Source: Bacteroidota bacterium (GTDB lineage: Bacteria; Bacteroidota; Bacteroidia; Chitinophagales; Chitinophagaceae). From it: a stretch of DNA of 64,000 bases. How positions within the stretch are numbered: the first letter of the stretch is position 1; each line of letters begins with the position of its first letter. The translations under genes were made by a program, and so were the position numbers. Location: contig JAZJYJ010000005.1 in assembly GCA_040390405.1 (NCBI GenBank), positions 96,988-160,987 on the forward strand, in the 5' to 3' direction. The notes under the pieces were generated by a model. The model was not told the DNA's origin, did not search any database, and was given only the letters and a program-made list of their open reading frames with translations. Below are positions 40,264 to 49,635 of the stretch, piece after piece.

Positions 40264-40297
40264 GAGCGAAGGGTTTTATGTATTTCCTGCATCCAAT
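40264..40297 (+). promoter_or_regulatory. Putative ECF-dependent promoter, copy 2
   Basis: GAGCGAAGG-N17-CATCCAAT, just upstream of the YHYH gene. Confidence 0.6.
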
Positions 40298-40313
40298 ACA
40301 CAAACCAAGCAAG

Positions 40314-41072
40314 ATGAAAAAATATAGCCTGGCGGGCACTGCCCTGCTCTTGATTACAATATTTGTTGTGATGTCTTGCAAAAAAGACGCGGGCACAAGT
40401 ACTGCAACAAACACAACTTCTACGGCAACGGTTCCGGATGTGTTTAAGAAGTTCAATTCAACGGTAACCATTTCTTCTGATGGAACAACGATTACATTAA
40501 AGAGTGATGGTGTACCGGATCACAAAAGTTGTTATTTCGCTACTACCGATGCACGTTACCAGGCGTATAACGGAACCAATACTGCATTCTCTAAAAACCC
40601 GAACAGCATTGGGACGAAGAGCTATACCTTTAAAATTCCGGTATCGCCTGCCGTGAATACGGCACACGAAGCAACGCCTCTCGGACCCATTGGTATTGCT
40701 GTGAACGGGGTTGCGATGTATAACCAATATGCGGGACCTAACCAACCGTTGACAAATGAGATCAATTCGTTTGATCAATACAATGGCCATCCTGACCAAA
40801 GTTCAACCTATCATTATCATGTTGAACCTTTGTACATCACACTCAACAATACCAAAAGCGCGTTGATTGGTTTTTTGCTGGATGGATTTCCGGTGTATGG
40901 CCCACTGGAAAGTGGCAAGACATTGCTGAGTGCCGACCTGGATACCTATCACGGCCATACAGGTGTTACTGCTGATTATCCCAATGGAATTTATCATTAC
41001 CATATTACTGCAGACGCACCTTATATTAATGGCTCGGGCTTTTATGGAACGAAGGGATCTGTTACACAATAG
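40314..41072 (+). CDS. YHYH-domain lipoprotein
   Basis: Lipobox VMSC; two YHYH motifs (TYHYHVEP, IYHYHIT); GIAVNGV, LDGFPVYGP and LDTYHGH. ATG 40314 preferred. Confidence 0.92.
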   Translation: MKKYSLAGTALLLITIFVVMSCKKDAGTSTATNTTSTATVPDVFKKFNSTVTISSDGTTITLKSDGVPDHKSCYFATTDARYQAYNGTNTAFSKNPNSIGTKSYTFKIPVSPAVNTAHEATPLGPIGIAVNGVAMYNQYAGPNQPLTNEINSFDQYNGHPDQSSTYHYHVEPLYITLNNTKSALIGFLLDGFPVYGPLESGKTLLSADLDTYHGHTGVTADYPNGIYHYHITADAPYINGSGFYGTKGSVTQ

Positions 41073-41099
41073 TTTTTTTGGAGACCATGCACCTAAAAA

Positions 41100-41771
41100 A
41101 TGAGAATCATGCAGATCGCGCGAATTTGTTGCATCGGTATTTTAATCAGCTGTACAATTGCTTCCTGTAAACAAACTGCGGAACAGCAGCAAGAAAGGGT
41201 ATTGCCTTTTTATAGTACTGCGGATTTTACGCCACAATGGAAAGGGGATATTACCAGCGGTGATGATACGGTTCATAGGATTCCTTCTTTTCATTTTATT
41301 GACCAGAACGGTGCTATTGTTTCTGAGAAAACTTTTTCCGGTAAGATCTATGTCGCAAATTTTTTCTTTACTTCCTGTCCGGGTATTTGTAAAAGGCTTA
41401 CCAACAATCTCGCATTGGTGCAAACCGCTTTTCAAAATGATCCGGAGCTGTTATTGCTGTCACATAGTGTTACTCCCGAAACAGATAGCGTGCCTGTGCT
41501 TGCCAAATACGCAAAAGCGTATGGCGTGTTAGTAAACAAATGGCACATGGTAACTGGTAACCGTGATTCCATCTATACCATCGCTCGCAAGGCGTATTTT
41601 GCGGATGAGGATATGGGCCAGCAAAAAAAAAGCAGCAGCGATTTTCTGCATACGGAAAATATAGTACTGATAGATAAACAACGTAGGATCCGCGGTGTAT
41701 ACAAAGGCACTTCCGTGCGTGATATTGATAACCTGATCGCGGATATCAAAGTGTTAAAGATGGAACAGTGA
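41100..41771 (+). CDS. SCO1/SenC family copper chaperone lipoprotein
   Basis: FFFTSCPGIC (CxxxC), SHSVTPETD and the distal His in FLHTENIVL. Confidence 0.95.
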   Translation: MRIMQIARICCIGILISCTIASCKQTAEQQQERVLPFYSTADFTPQWKGDITSGDDTVHRIPSFHFIDQNGAIVSEKTFSGKIYVANFFFTSCPGICKRLTNNLALVQTAFQNDPELLLLSHSVTPETDSVPVLAKYAKAYGVLVNKWHMVTGNRDSIYTIARKAYFADEDMGQQKKSSSDFLHTENIVLIDKQRRIRGVYKGTSVRDIDNLIADIKVLKMEQ

Positions 41772-42385
41772 AATCTTTTCGTAACATAACAGCATTTGTT
41801 TTTCTTCTGTGTGCATATCATACAGGTTGTACGGATCATGTGCTAACCGATCCCGGGGAGCCAGCAGTAAATGTTCCGACCGTTACGGTCGCTTCAACAG
41901 ATACAGCGCTTCATCTCAATAATGGCGTATGGTTTTATGGATCGCAGCCTTTTAGTGGTACAATAGAAATAAAATTTCTCAATGAACGGATACGTTCCCA
42001 TCAGCAGTTTTTGCGCGGCAGGGAAGAAGGGAGGATGGAAGCCTGGTATGAAGACGGGAGCAAAGAAGCGCTCCGTTTTTATCACGAAGGAGAGAAAGTG
42101 GGTGTGCATACCGGCTGGTGGCCCAATGGCCATCTCAGGTACGCGTATCATTTCTCCAATGGATCTTATGAAGGTGATTTCAGAGAATGGTATGCCAGTG
42201 GCAAACCATTGAAACACCTTATCTATCATAATGGCAAAGAAGAAAGTGGTAAGGGCTGGCGCGAAAATGGGAAACCCTATATGAGTTTTGTGGTAAAAGA
42301 TGGCCGGCTCTACGGGCTGGTAAACCCCAATCTCTGTTATTCTCTCAAAAATGAGAAAGGGGAGTTCAGGAATTCGGCCCAATAA
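41768..42385 (+). CDS. MORN-variant repeat (YwqK-like) exported protein
   Basis: Signal/lipobox HTGC and repeated G-x-x-x-x-W-Y/W-x-x-G units. GTGA overlap with SCO. Confidence 0.85.
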   Translation: MKSFRNITAFVFLLCAYHTGCTDHVLTDPGEPAVNVPTVTVASTDTALHLNNGVWFYGSQPFSGTIEIKFLNERIRSHQQFLRGREEGRMEAWYEDGSKEALRFYHEGEKVGVHTGWWPNGHLRYAYHFSNGSYEGDFREWYASGKPLKHLIYHNGKEESGKGWRENGKPYMSFVVKDGRLYGLVNPNLCYSLKNEKGEFRNSAQ

Positions 42386-42408
42386 ACGAGTGATATGCAG
42401 CCCCCCCC

Positions 42409-42535
42409 AAAAAAAAGTCCCCTGTAGAAACAGGGGACGTCTTCGATTGCTTGCCATATAAGAAAAGAGATAATTATTAATTCGTTAACCTGAAACGGCC
42501 AGCCTAACCTGATGTCTTGCTGTATTTTTGTTTCT
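42409..42535 (-). ncRNA. Candidate small RNA (promoter-to-terminator unit without a credible ORF)
   Basis: Minus-strand -7-like box TACCTTTA (42540-42547) and minus-strand terminator gtcccctg-N6-caggggac-T8 (42409-42438). Confidence 0.4.
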
Positions 42536-42717
42536 GATGTAAAGGTAAGGGAAAACCAAATAACATAGTTCTTTTATTATTATTTATTTAAAATTCACAA
42601 TTATTTAATAAAAAACTATTACTTACTTAATTTATAATAATATGTGTGTTTTTATAATGTATATACTAATTCCCCTGTAATACCCTATTGCCTGTTTTTA
42701 AATAATTGATTTACAGC

Positions 42718-43911
42718 TTATATTTTGCCTGGATATATTTTTAATGCAGCTTCAAGGCAATCCATTGCTTTATTTATATCATTTAAATTTAATACATAGG
42801 CTAAACGTACTTCCTGCTTACCCAAACCAGGGGTTCCGTAAAAGCCGGTGGCGGGTGCCAGCATAACGGTTTGGCCTTCATAAGTGAAGCTTTCCAGTAG
42901 CCACTGGCAGAACGCATCCGCATCATCAATGGGTAATTTCGCGATCGCATAGAATGCACCACCGGGGTTGGGACAAAATACGCCGTCCATCGCATTCAGT
43001 CTTTTTACGATCAGGTCGCGGCGCGATTTGTATTCTGCCTTGGTGGTATCAAAATAATCAGCGGGCAAATCAATGGCGGCTTCACCGGCGATCTGTGCAA
43101 AGCTGGGCGGACTTAATCTCGCCTGTGCAAATTTCATTACGGCATCCAGTACTGTTTTGTTTTTGGTAATGAAAGCACCGATCCTTCCTCCACAGGCGCT
43201 GTAACGCTTGCTGATGGTGTCCATAATGACCACGTTCTCATCAACACCCGTTAAATGCATGGCACTTACCTGCTTTCCTTCATAACAGAATTCGCGGTAG
43301 GCTTCGTCGGAAAATAAATAGAGATTGTGTTTCAGGATGATCTGCTTCAACTGCTGCATTTCCGCATCGCTGTATAAATACCCGGTAGGATTATTGGGAT
43401 TGCAGATCACAATGGCCTTGGTTTTGGCGGTGATCTTTTTTTCAAATTCTTCTATCGGCGGTAAGGCAAAACCATTTTCGATGCTCGAAGTAACCGGTAC
43501 TACCGTTACACCTGCGGCTACCGCAAAGCCATTGTAGTTGGCATAGAAGGGTTCGGGAATGATCACTTCATCACCCGCATCCAGGCAGGCCATAAAACCA
43601 AACAGGATGGCTTCGCTGCCACCGGTGGTAACGATGATCTCGTTGTGGTTTACGTGAATGCCTACGCTTTCATAATAACCAACCAGTTTGCGGCGGTAAC
43701 TTTCGTTGCCTGCACTGTGACTGTATTCCAGTACTTTAAAATCGCTGTGGCGAACGGCGTCCAGCACCATTTTGGGCGTTTCGATATCCGGCTGGCCGAT
43801 GTTTAAATGATATACCTGGGTTCCTCTTTTCTTGGCTGCTTCTGCATAGGGAACCAATTTTCTTATGGGTGAGGCAGGCATGGCCTGTCCGCGATGGCTG
43901 ATCTGTAACAT
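42718..43911 (-). CDS. PLP-dependent class I/II aminotransferase (AspC-like)
   Basis: LNIGQPD, NPNNPTG, DEAY and SKRYSACGGRIG. Confidence 0.95.
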   Translation of the reverse strand: MLQISHRGQAMPASPIRKLVPYAEAAKKRGTQVYHLNIGQPDIETPKMVLDAVRHSDFKVLEYSHSAGNESYRRKLVGYYESVGIHVNHNEIIVTTGGSEAILFGFMACLDAGDEVIIPEPFYANYNGFAVAAGVTVVPVTSSIENGFALPPIEEFEKKITAKTKAIVICNPNNPTGYLYSDAEMQQLKQIILKHNLYLFSDEAYREFCYEGKQVSAMHLTGVDENVVIMDTISKRYSACGGRIGAFITKNKTVLDAVMKFAQARLSPPSFAQIAGEAAIDLPADYFDTTKAEYKSRRDLIVKRLNAMDGVFCPNPGGAFYAIAKLPIDDADAFCQWLLESFTYEGQTVMLAPATGFYGTPGLGKQEVRLAYVLNLNDINKAMDCLEAALKIYPGKI

Positions 43912-43948
43912 GCCGCAAAGATAGTTTGGGTACCAACGCAGTCAAAAC

Positions 43949-43980
43949 AAAAAACGCAACCTGTATGGTTGCGTTTTTTT
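43949..43980 (-). terminator. Terminator after the DUF1573 pair
   Basis: aaaaaacgcaacc tgtat ggttgcgttttttt. Confidence 0.85.
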
Positions 43981-44002
43981 AATCATACGATCAGTTATGT
44001 AT

Positions 44003-44395
44003 TTATTTCGATTTGCTTTTGGCTGCTGCTTTTACAACTTCTCCGTCAATGGTTAATACAACCGGTAATTGCATGCTGACAAATTTCACATTTACATTCT
44101 TCTTAAAGATTCCCATGGTTTCGGCATTGTAAGTAACTTTTATCTTACTGGATTTGCCTTTTAAAATTGGGTCCTTACTATAATCAGGTGTAGTACAACC
44201 ACAATCGGGATTCACAAATTCGATCACCGCTGGCTTGGCTGCATTGTTGGTAAACGTAAACACAAATGTAACAGGTGCGCCTTGTTTGATCTTACCAAAA
44301 CTATGCGTAGTGCCCGTAAACACGATCTCCTTTTCCGTTTGTGCAAACAAGCCCGTACTAAGGAATAAACAAAGTATCAATGCTATTTTTTTCAT
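44003..44395 (-). CDS. DUF1573 domain protein
   Basis: Signal peptide and PDCGCTTP motif. Confidence 0.92.
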   Translation of the reverse strand: MKKIALILCLFLSTGLFAQTEKEIVFTGTTHSFGKIKQGAPVTFVFTFTNNAAKPAVIEFVNPDCGCTTPDYSKDPILKGKSSKIKVTYNAETMGIFKKNVNVKFVSMQLPVVLTIDGEVVKAAAKSKSK

Positions 44396-44411
44396 GCTTC
44401 TTTAGCTCGTT

Positions 44412-44876
44412 TTAGTGATTACCGGTTTTTGCTTTTTCCTGTGCAGCCTGTTGTGTCGTTGCGGGCGCAGGCGGTGCTTCGCTTACGCCTTCTCCGGTGA
44501 AACGGGTCTGTTTGCTTAGGCCATTGCTGAAATTAATGTCTGTAAAGCGGGTAAACTGTCCGGCAACACTTCCGTTGAACTGGATGGTTACTTTTATGGT
44601 TTGTCCCGGACCAAACCTTTGGTTAGCCACAAAATTGGGTGTGGTGCATCCGCAACCGGCTTTGGCATTGGATAAAGTAATGGTATCGTTGCTGATGTTT
44701 TTGATCTCCACATCATAACTAACCGGTTTGCCGAGGGTGATCTTACCAAAATTGTATTCGGCATTTTTAAATTCCAATACTTTGGCCAGTGGGTCTACCT
44801 GTAGGTTCTGTAGTGTCTGTGCCTGGCTGAACAGGGCGGTGAACAGAACTGCGGATAAAATCATTATTTTTTTCAT
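44412..44876 (-). CDS. DUF1573 domain protein (paralog)
   Basis: Signal peptide and AGCGCTTP motif. Confidence 0.92.
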   Translation of the reverse strand: MKKIMILSAVLFTALFSQAQTLQNLQVDPLAKVLEFKNAEYNFGKITLGKPVSYDVEIKNISNDTITLSNAKAGCGCTTPNFVANQRFGPGQTIKVTIQFNGSVAGQFTRFTDINFSNGLSKQTRFTGEGVSEAPPAPATTQQAAQEKAKTGNH

Positions 44877-45044
44877 CGTCTATACGTATTTAGGCATTAA
44901 AATTACTGAATCTGCCATTACGATTAGCGAAATCTATGCCATATAACCCGTTTTAGGTGAAATTTAAGTAGCAAAGGCCAAAGGTTTTTTCAGGATAAAC
45001 TAATTTCCGTTAGCCTATTCCGTTGGTAGTGTTATTTTTGTTTC

Positions 45045-47435
45045 ATGGAACAATCAGCTTCACTGGGATATAAGGACGATATGCTTTCGTTTGAGGGATT
45101 CCGCAATACCATACTGGAAGATTACAGAACAGCCGTAATCAGCAGGGAAGTAAGTTTACTTGGCCGACGTGAAGTATTGACCGGTAAAGGCAAATTCGGC
45201 ATTTTTGGCGATGGTAAGGAAGTGGCGCAGATAGCCATGGCGAAGTTCTTTCAACCCGGTGATTTCAGAAGCGGGTATTACCGTGACCAGACTTTTATGT
45301 TTGCTTCAGGACTGGCCAGCGTAGAACAGTTCTTTGCACAATTGTATGCCGACCCGGATGTGAAGAACGATCCCTTTAGTGCGGGCCGCCAAATGAATGC
45401 GCATTTTGCCACCAGGTTTGTAGATGATAACGGTAACTGGCTGGATCTTGCCAACCGCAAAAATATTTCTTCGGATATGGCGCCTACGGCTTCTCAAATG
45501 CCACGTGCATTGGGATTGGCCTGGGCATCCAAATGTTTCCGTAATGCCACACATACCGATCAGTTTGAACCATTGAGTCATAATGGAAACGAGATCTGTT
45601 TCTGCACCATTGGCGATGCCAGTACTTCGGAAGGGCATTTCTGGGAAACCATGAATGCGGCAGGTGTATTGCAGGTGCCATTGGCGGTTTTTGTTTGGGA
45701 TGATGGGTATGGTATTTCTGTTCCCAAAAACTTTCAAACTACCAAGGGGTCTATTTCAGAAGCATTGGCAGGATTGGAGAAGGGAGAGGAGACCAACGGC
45801 ATCCGCATCTACAAAGTAAAAGCATGGGATTATGCCGGTATGTGCGAAGTGTTTGAGGAAGCGCTGCAACAGATCCGCGAAACACATGTACCCGTTTTGT
45901 TTCATGTAGAAGAAGTAACACAGCCACAGGGGCACTCAACCAGCGGCAGTCATGAAAGATATAAAAGTGCGGAAAGACTGGATTGGGAGAAGGAATGGGA
46001 TTGCATCAAGAAAATGAAAGAATGGCTGATCGAAACCGCATTGGCCAATGCAGATGAACTGACAGAAATAGAAGCCGCTGCCAAAGAATTCGTTCGCAAC
46101 AGCCGTAACAAAGCCTGGGAAAAATACCAGGTGCCCATTAAAGAAGCTGCAACAAGTTCTGTTGAACTGATCCGAGGAATGATGGTAAATGATATGGAGA
46201 AGTACAATCATTTACAAAAACTCGCGAATGATCTCGATGCCAACAAAGAGCCATTGCGGAGGGATATCTTACGAACATTGTCTCTGGCAATAGAGACTGC
46301 ACCAAATTCTCCTACCGCAGAAGAACTCAGGCATTTTTATCAATCACAGATAGCAGAGAACCGGAAATTATACAACAGTGATCTTTATAACGAAGGACCG
46401 AAAAGTGCATTGGTTGTTGAAGAGATCAAACCGATGATCGCGTTTGATGCACCCATGGTCAATGGCTATGAAGTGCTGAATAAATATTTTGATGCACTCT
46501 TCGCCAGCAATCCCTATGTATATGCATTTGGAGAAGATGTAGGCTTTATCGGTGATGTGAACCAGGGCTTTGCCGGTTTGCAGGAGAAGCATGGTAAAGA
46601 CAGGATCTCCGATACCGGGATCCGTGAACTAACGATTGTAGGACAAGCCATTGGTTTATCGCTGCGCGGATTAAGACCCATTGCCGAGATCCAGTACCTC
46701 GATTACTTATTGTATGGTTTGCAGCCTTTGAGTGATGATGTGGCCACAACCCATTTCAGAACCAAGGGGCAGCAGAGTTGTCCGCTTATCATCAGAACCC
46801 GTGGTCACAGACTGGAAGGGATCTGGCACAGTGGTTCGCCCATGGGAATGATCATCAATTCGCTTCGTGGTCTTTATATCTGTGTGCCAAGGAATATGGT
46901 TCAGGCGGTGGGTATGTATAATACTTTGCTGCGGGGAAATGATCCGGCCATGATCATTGAATGCTTGAACGGTTATCGCCTGAAAGAAAAAATGCCGGCT
47001 AACTTACTCGAGTACACTATACCATTGGGTGTGCCGGATGTGATTCGGGAAGGAACAGATATTACCGTGGTTACCTATGGGTCTACTTTGCGCATTGTAG
47101 AAGATGCGGCTGAACGTTTGCAGCAGGCAGGTACCAGTTGTGAAGTGATCGATGTGCAGACCTTACTGCCTTTTGATATTCATCATAAAATTCTTGACTC
47201 ACTCAGGAAAACCAACCGCATTGTCTTTGTGGATGAAGATGTACCGGGTGGTGCAGCTGCTTATATGTTCAGTAAGGTAATGGAGGAACAGAAAGCCTTC
47301 CAATGGCTGGATGTGGCACCACGAACCATTACGGCGCAGGCGCATAGGGCCAGTTACGGAAGCGATGGAGATTATTTTAGTAAGCCTAATGCGGAGGAGA
47401 TCATTGCGGTGATACAGGATATGATGAAGGAGTAA
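45045..47435 (+). CDS. Fused alpha/beta E1 of a 2-oxoacid (branched-chain-like) dehydrogenase
   Basis: GDGKEVAQ, GDASTSEG...WDDGYG, HSTSG, DTGIRE, EIQYLDY and HSGSP. Confidence 0.93.
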   Translation: MEQSASLGYKDDMLSFEGFRNTILEDYRTAVISREVSLLGRREVLTGKGKFGIFGDGKEVAQIAMAKFFQPGDFRSGYYRDQTFMFASGLASVEQFFAQLYADPDVKNDPFSAGRQMNAHFATRFVDDNGNWLDLANRKNISSDMAPTASQMPRALGLAWASKCFRNATHTDQFEPLSHNGNEICFCTIGDASTSEGHFWETMNAAGVLQVPLAVFVWDDGYGISVPKNFQTTKGSISEALAGLEKGEETNGIRIYKVKAWDYAGMCEVFEEALQQIRETHVPVLFHVEEVTQPQGHSTSGSHERYKSAERLDWEKEWDCIKKMKEWLIETALANADELTEIEAAAKEFVRNSRNKAWEKYQVPIKEAATSSVELIRGMMVNDMEKYNHLQKLANDLDANKEPLRRDILRTLSLAIETAPNSPTAEELRHFYQSQIAENRKLYNSDLYNEGPKSALVVEEIKPMIAFDAPMVNGYEVLNKYFDALFASNPYVYAFGEDVGFIGDVNQGFAGLQEKHGKDRISDTGIRELTIVGQAIGLSLRGLRPIAEIQYLDYLLYGLQPLSDDVATTHFRTKGQQSCPLIIRTRGHRLEGIWHSGSPMGMIINSLRGLYICVPRNMVQAVGMYNTLLRGNDPAMIIECLNGYRLKEKMPANLLEYTIPLGVPDVIREGTDITVVTYGSTLRIVEDAAERLQQAGTSCEVIDVQTLLPFDIHHKILDSLRKTNRIVFVDEDVPGGAAAYMFSKVMEEQKAFQWLDVAPRTITAQAHRASYGSDGDYFSKPNAEEIIAVIQDMMKE

Positions 47436-47465
47436 TCCAATTTTGAAATTGGGGAATGGTATTGT

Positions 47466-47507
47466 AGCCGCAGATTCGCAGATTAAAAAATCTGCGAATC
47501 TGCGGCT
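47466..47507. repeat. REP-like palindrome, copy 3
   Basis: agccgcagattcgcagatt aaaa aatctgcgaatctgcggct (perfect 19-bp arms). Confidence 0.92.
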
Positions 47508-47598
47508 TATTTTTAGGATTTCTACCTTGTAATGCAATTTGTAGCTGCTTTAACAAGAACAGATCAAAATCTGCGATACCTTCCTGTAATGGACCCTA

Positions 47599-48114
47599 TT
47601 GCAAAACGATATGGTCCATTTTATTATGACGCAAGACCGAACCAATCGCATTGTCCTGGGGTTTCTGTTTGGTATTTCTGTGTTCCTATTGTTGGATTGT
47701 TACGTGTTTCCATTAGATACTTCTAACGGAGTACTGGTAACAAAAACAGGTGGAACAGATTCGAGGTTGCGCGTTGCTATTTACAGGATAGAAACAGAAC
47801 AGGGCTTAATAACAGCACCACTTACTGCATATAATGATATAAAGGTAAATGATACGATAGAGGTTGGACGATCCTATATAACACATGCTAACCTGAAAGT
47901 ATCAGTTCATGGAAAAGGAGCAGCCTATAGCTGGCGGATTGGTTTTATTGCCTTGGGGGGATTGGATTTCCTGATCTTTCTTATCAGCAGCAATGCGCTT
48001 TATCTTTTCTTCTTTTATAAAAAGAGTAAGGAGATACAGATGAGAAGAGACATTACTATTTTCTTAACATGTATAAACATGCTATTTTTCCTGTTCTGTA
48101 TTTTGTTTGCATAG
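47599..48114 (+). CDS. Hypothetical membrane protein (3 TM)
   Basis: N-terminal TM, a soluble beta-rich segment and two C-terminal TMs. AT-rich. Start codon uncertain (TTG 47599, ATG 47611 or ATG 47626). Confidence 0.6.
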   Translation: MQNDMVHFIMTQDRTNRIVLGFLFGISVFLLLDCYVFPLDTSNGVLVTKTGGTDSRLRVAIYRIETEQGLITAPLTAYNDIKVNDTIEVGRSYITHANLKVSVHGKGAAYSWRIGFIALGGLDFLIFLISSNALYLFFFYKKSKEIQMRRDITIFLTCINMLFFLFCILFA

Positions 48115-48124
48115 ATGCCCGTCT

Positions 48125-48538
48125 CTATAAGAAAAGCGATTTCAGTTCAGGTGTAGGAACCCAGCATTCTTCTTTCTTTCCAAACCATTTATAGCGGTTT
48201 TTGGCAATCCAGCTGTATACGCCGTTGCGGATAAAAGGCGGTACAATCATAAAAGCGTACAGTGCCGGCCATAATCCATTCAGTTGTTTGGTTACGCGTA
48301 AGGCGGCGGCGGATTTTGTATATACTTTTCCTTTTTCCAGTAAAATAAAAGACCCGAATTCTTCTGTTGGAAGATTGAATTGCGTGAGCAGTTGCTGACC
48401 TATTTCACTCTGTAAAGAAGCAAAACGAAAATGATGCGCAGGATCGTGTTTGATCACAAACTGAACACTGCCTGTACAGAGGTTGCATACGCCGTCGAAG
48501 AAGATAACGGGGTTTTCCAGGGTGTTCAGATCGATCAT
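48125..48538 (-). CDS. DCC-family thiol-disulfide oxidoreductase (DUF393)
   Basis: FFDGVCNLC and RNGVYSWIAKNRYKWFGK..C. Confidence 0.95.
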   Translation of the reverse strand: MIDLNTLENPVIFFDGVCNLCTGSVQFVIKHDPAHHFRFASLQSEIGQQLLTQFNLPTEEFGSFILLEKGKVYTKSAAALRVTKQLNGLWPALYAFMIVPPFIRNGVYSWIAKNRYKWFGKKEECWVPTPELKSLFL

Positions 48539-48562
48539 TATGCTAAGTTACCACTTCTGGTA

Positions 48563-48627
48563 AGGCAAAAATCAAAAGTAAAAAGTCAAAACAGACCGTT
48601 GTTTTGACTTTTTACTTTTGCCTTTTT
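48563..48627. repeat. 7-nt periodic inverted repeat (AGTCAAA arms)
   Basis: aggcaaa aatcaaa agtaaaa agtcaaa, then ttttgactttttacttttgcctt. Confidence 0.88.
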
Positions 48628-48635
48628 AATTGGGC

Positions 48636-49358
48636 CTATCCCATATTATGAAACACTTTGTTCACGTCTTCATCCTGTTCCAATCTTTCAATCAGCTTAC
48701 TCACGTCTTCGGCCTGCTCATCGGTAACGGGTACGGTGGTGGTGGGGATCCATTCCAGTTCCGCACTGATTGGGGTAATGTTTTTTTCCTCGAGTGCTTT
48801 TTGCAGGCTGCCAAAATCAACAAAGGCGCAACGGAGTACAATAATCGGGTTGCCCTGGTCATCATTGCTTTCGCCCAGCTCATCCAATCCATGATCGATC
48901 AGTTCCAGTTCCAGGTCGTCAATATTCAATCCTTCGGGTTTTAACTTGAACACCCCCATTTTTTTGAACTGGAAGCTTACGCTGCCGGTATTACCCATAG
49001 CGCCATGTCCTTTGTTAAAATGGCTCTTTACATTGGCCACCGTACGAACATGGTTATCGGTTGCGGTTTCAACCAATAATGCAACACCATGTGGTGCATA
49101 GCCTTCGTATAAAACTTCCTCGTAGTTGCTGGTATCCTTACCCATGGCCCTTTTGATGGCCGCTTCCACACGATCCTTGGGCATGCCCACGCTTTTCGCA
49201 TTCTGAAAGCAACGGCGAAGGGCCGGGTTGGTGGCAATATCAGGTCCGCCGGCTTTTACGGCTATTACGATCTCTTTCCCGATACGGGTAAACTGTTTGG
49301 CCATTTTATCCCAACGGGCAAACATTGTGGCTTTACGTACTTCAAAAATCCTTCCCAT
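48636..49358 (-). CDS. yebC: YebC/PmpR family protein
   Basis: GGPD...[21 protein letters not shown] and [12 protein letters not shown]. Confidence 0.96.
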   Translation of the reverse strand: MGRIFEVRKATMFARWDKMAKQFTRIGKEIVIAVKAGGPDIATNPALRRCFQNAKSVGMPKDRVEAAIKRAMGKDTSNYEEVLYEGYAPHGVALLVETATDNHVRTVANVKSHFNKGHGAMGNTGSVSFQFKKMGVFKLKPEGLNIDDLELELIDHGLDELGESNDDQGNPIIVLRCAFVDFGSLQKALEEKNITPISAELEWIPTTTVPVTDEQAEDVSKLIERLEQDEDVNKVFHNMG

Positions 49359-49457
49359 GGTATGCAGTTTACGATATGAGTATTTGTAGGGATGGCAAAA
49401 TTAGTACAAGCTTTTTAAGCTGCCAATTGTTTGTAGTAGTTGCAGGTGCTAGCTATT

Positions 49458-49632
49458 GGTCTTTAGTCTTTAGTCTTTAGTCTTTAGTCTTTGGTTTTTG
49501 GTCTTTGGTCTTTGGCGGGTTGGTTATAGTAATAATAAAACAGCCGGACTGATGCCCGGCTGTTTTGAGAATTCTTTATAAAGAGGAAGCCTACAACTGA
49601 TAGCTGAAGACTAAAAGCCAAAGACTAAAGAC
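49458..49632. repeat. 7-nt periodic inverted repeat (AGTCTTT x8) enclosing a terminator
   Basis: ggtcttt (agtcttt)x4 ggttttt (ggtcttt)x2 at 49458-49513; right arm aagactaaaagccaaagactaaagac ending at 49632. Confidence 0.88.
49537..49566 (-). terminator. Terminator after the amino-acid permease
   Basis: aaaacagccgg actgatgc ccggctgtttt. Confidence 0.8.
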
Positions 49633-49635
49633 TTC

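Noticed and set aside
41768-42385. Toxin-antitoxin antitoxin, from the usual YwqK label
   Set aside because: No cognate toxin nearby and the protein has an export signal; the MORN-variant repeats alone explain the label.
42401-42416. C8-A8 homopolymer as a phase-variation tract
   Set aside because: Intergenic; the A run is the U-tract of a minus-strand terminator and no coding frame is affected.
41894-42457. 187-aa minus-strand ORF
   Set aside because: Antisense shadow of the MORN gene that reads through a terminator and a C8/A8 run.
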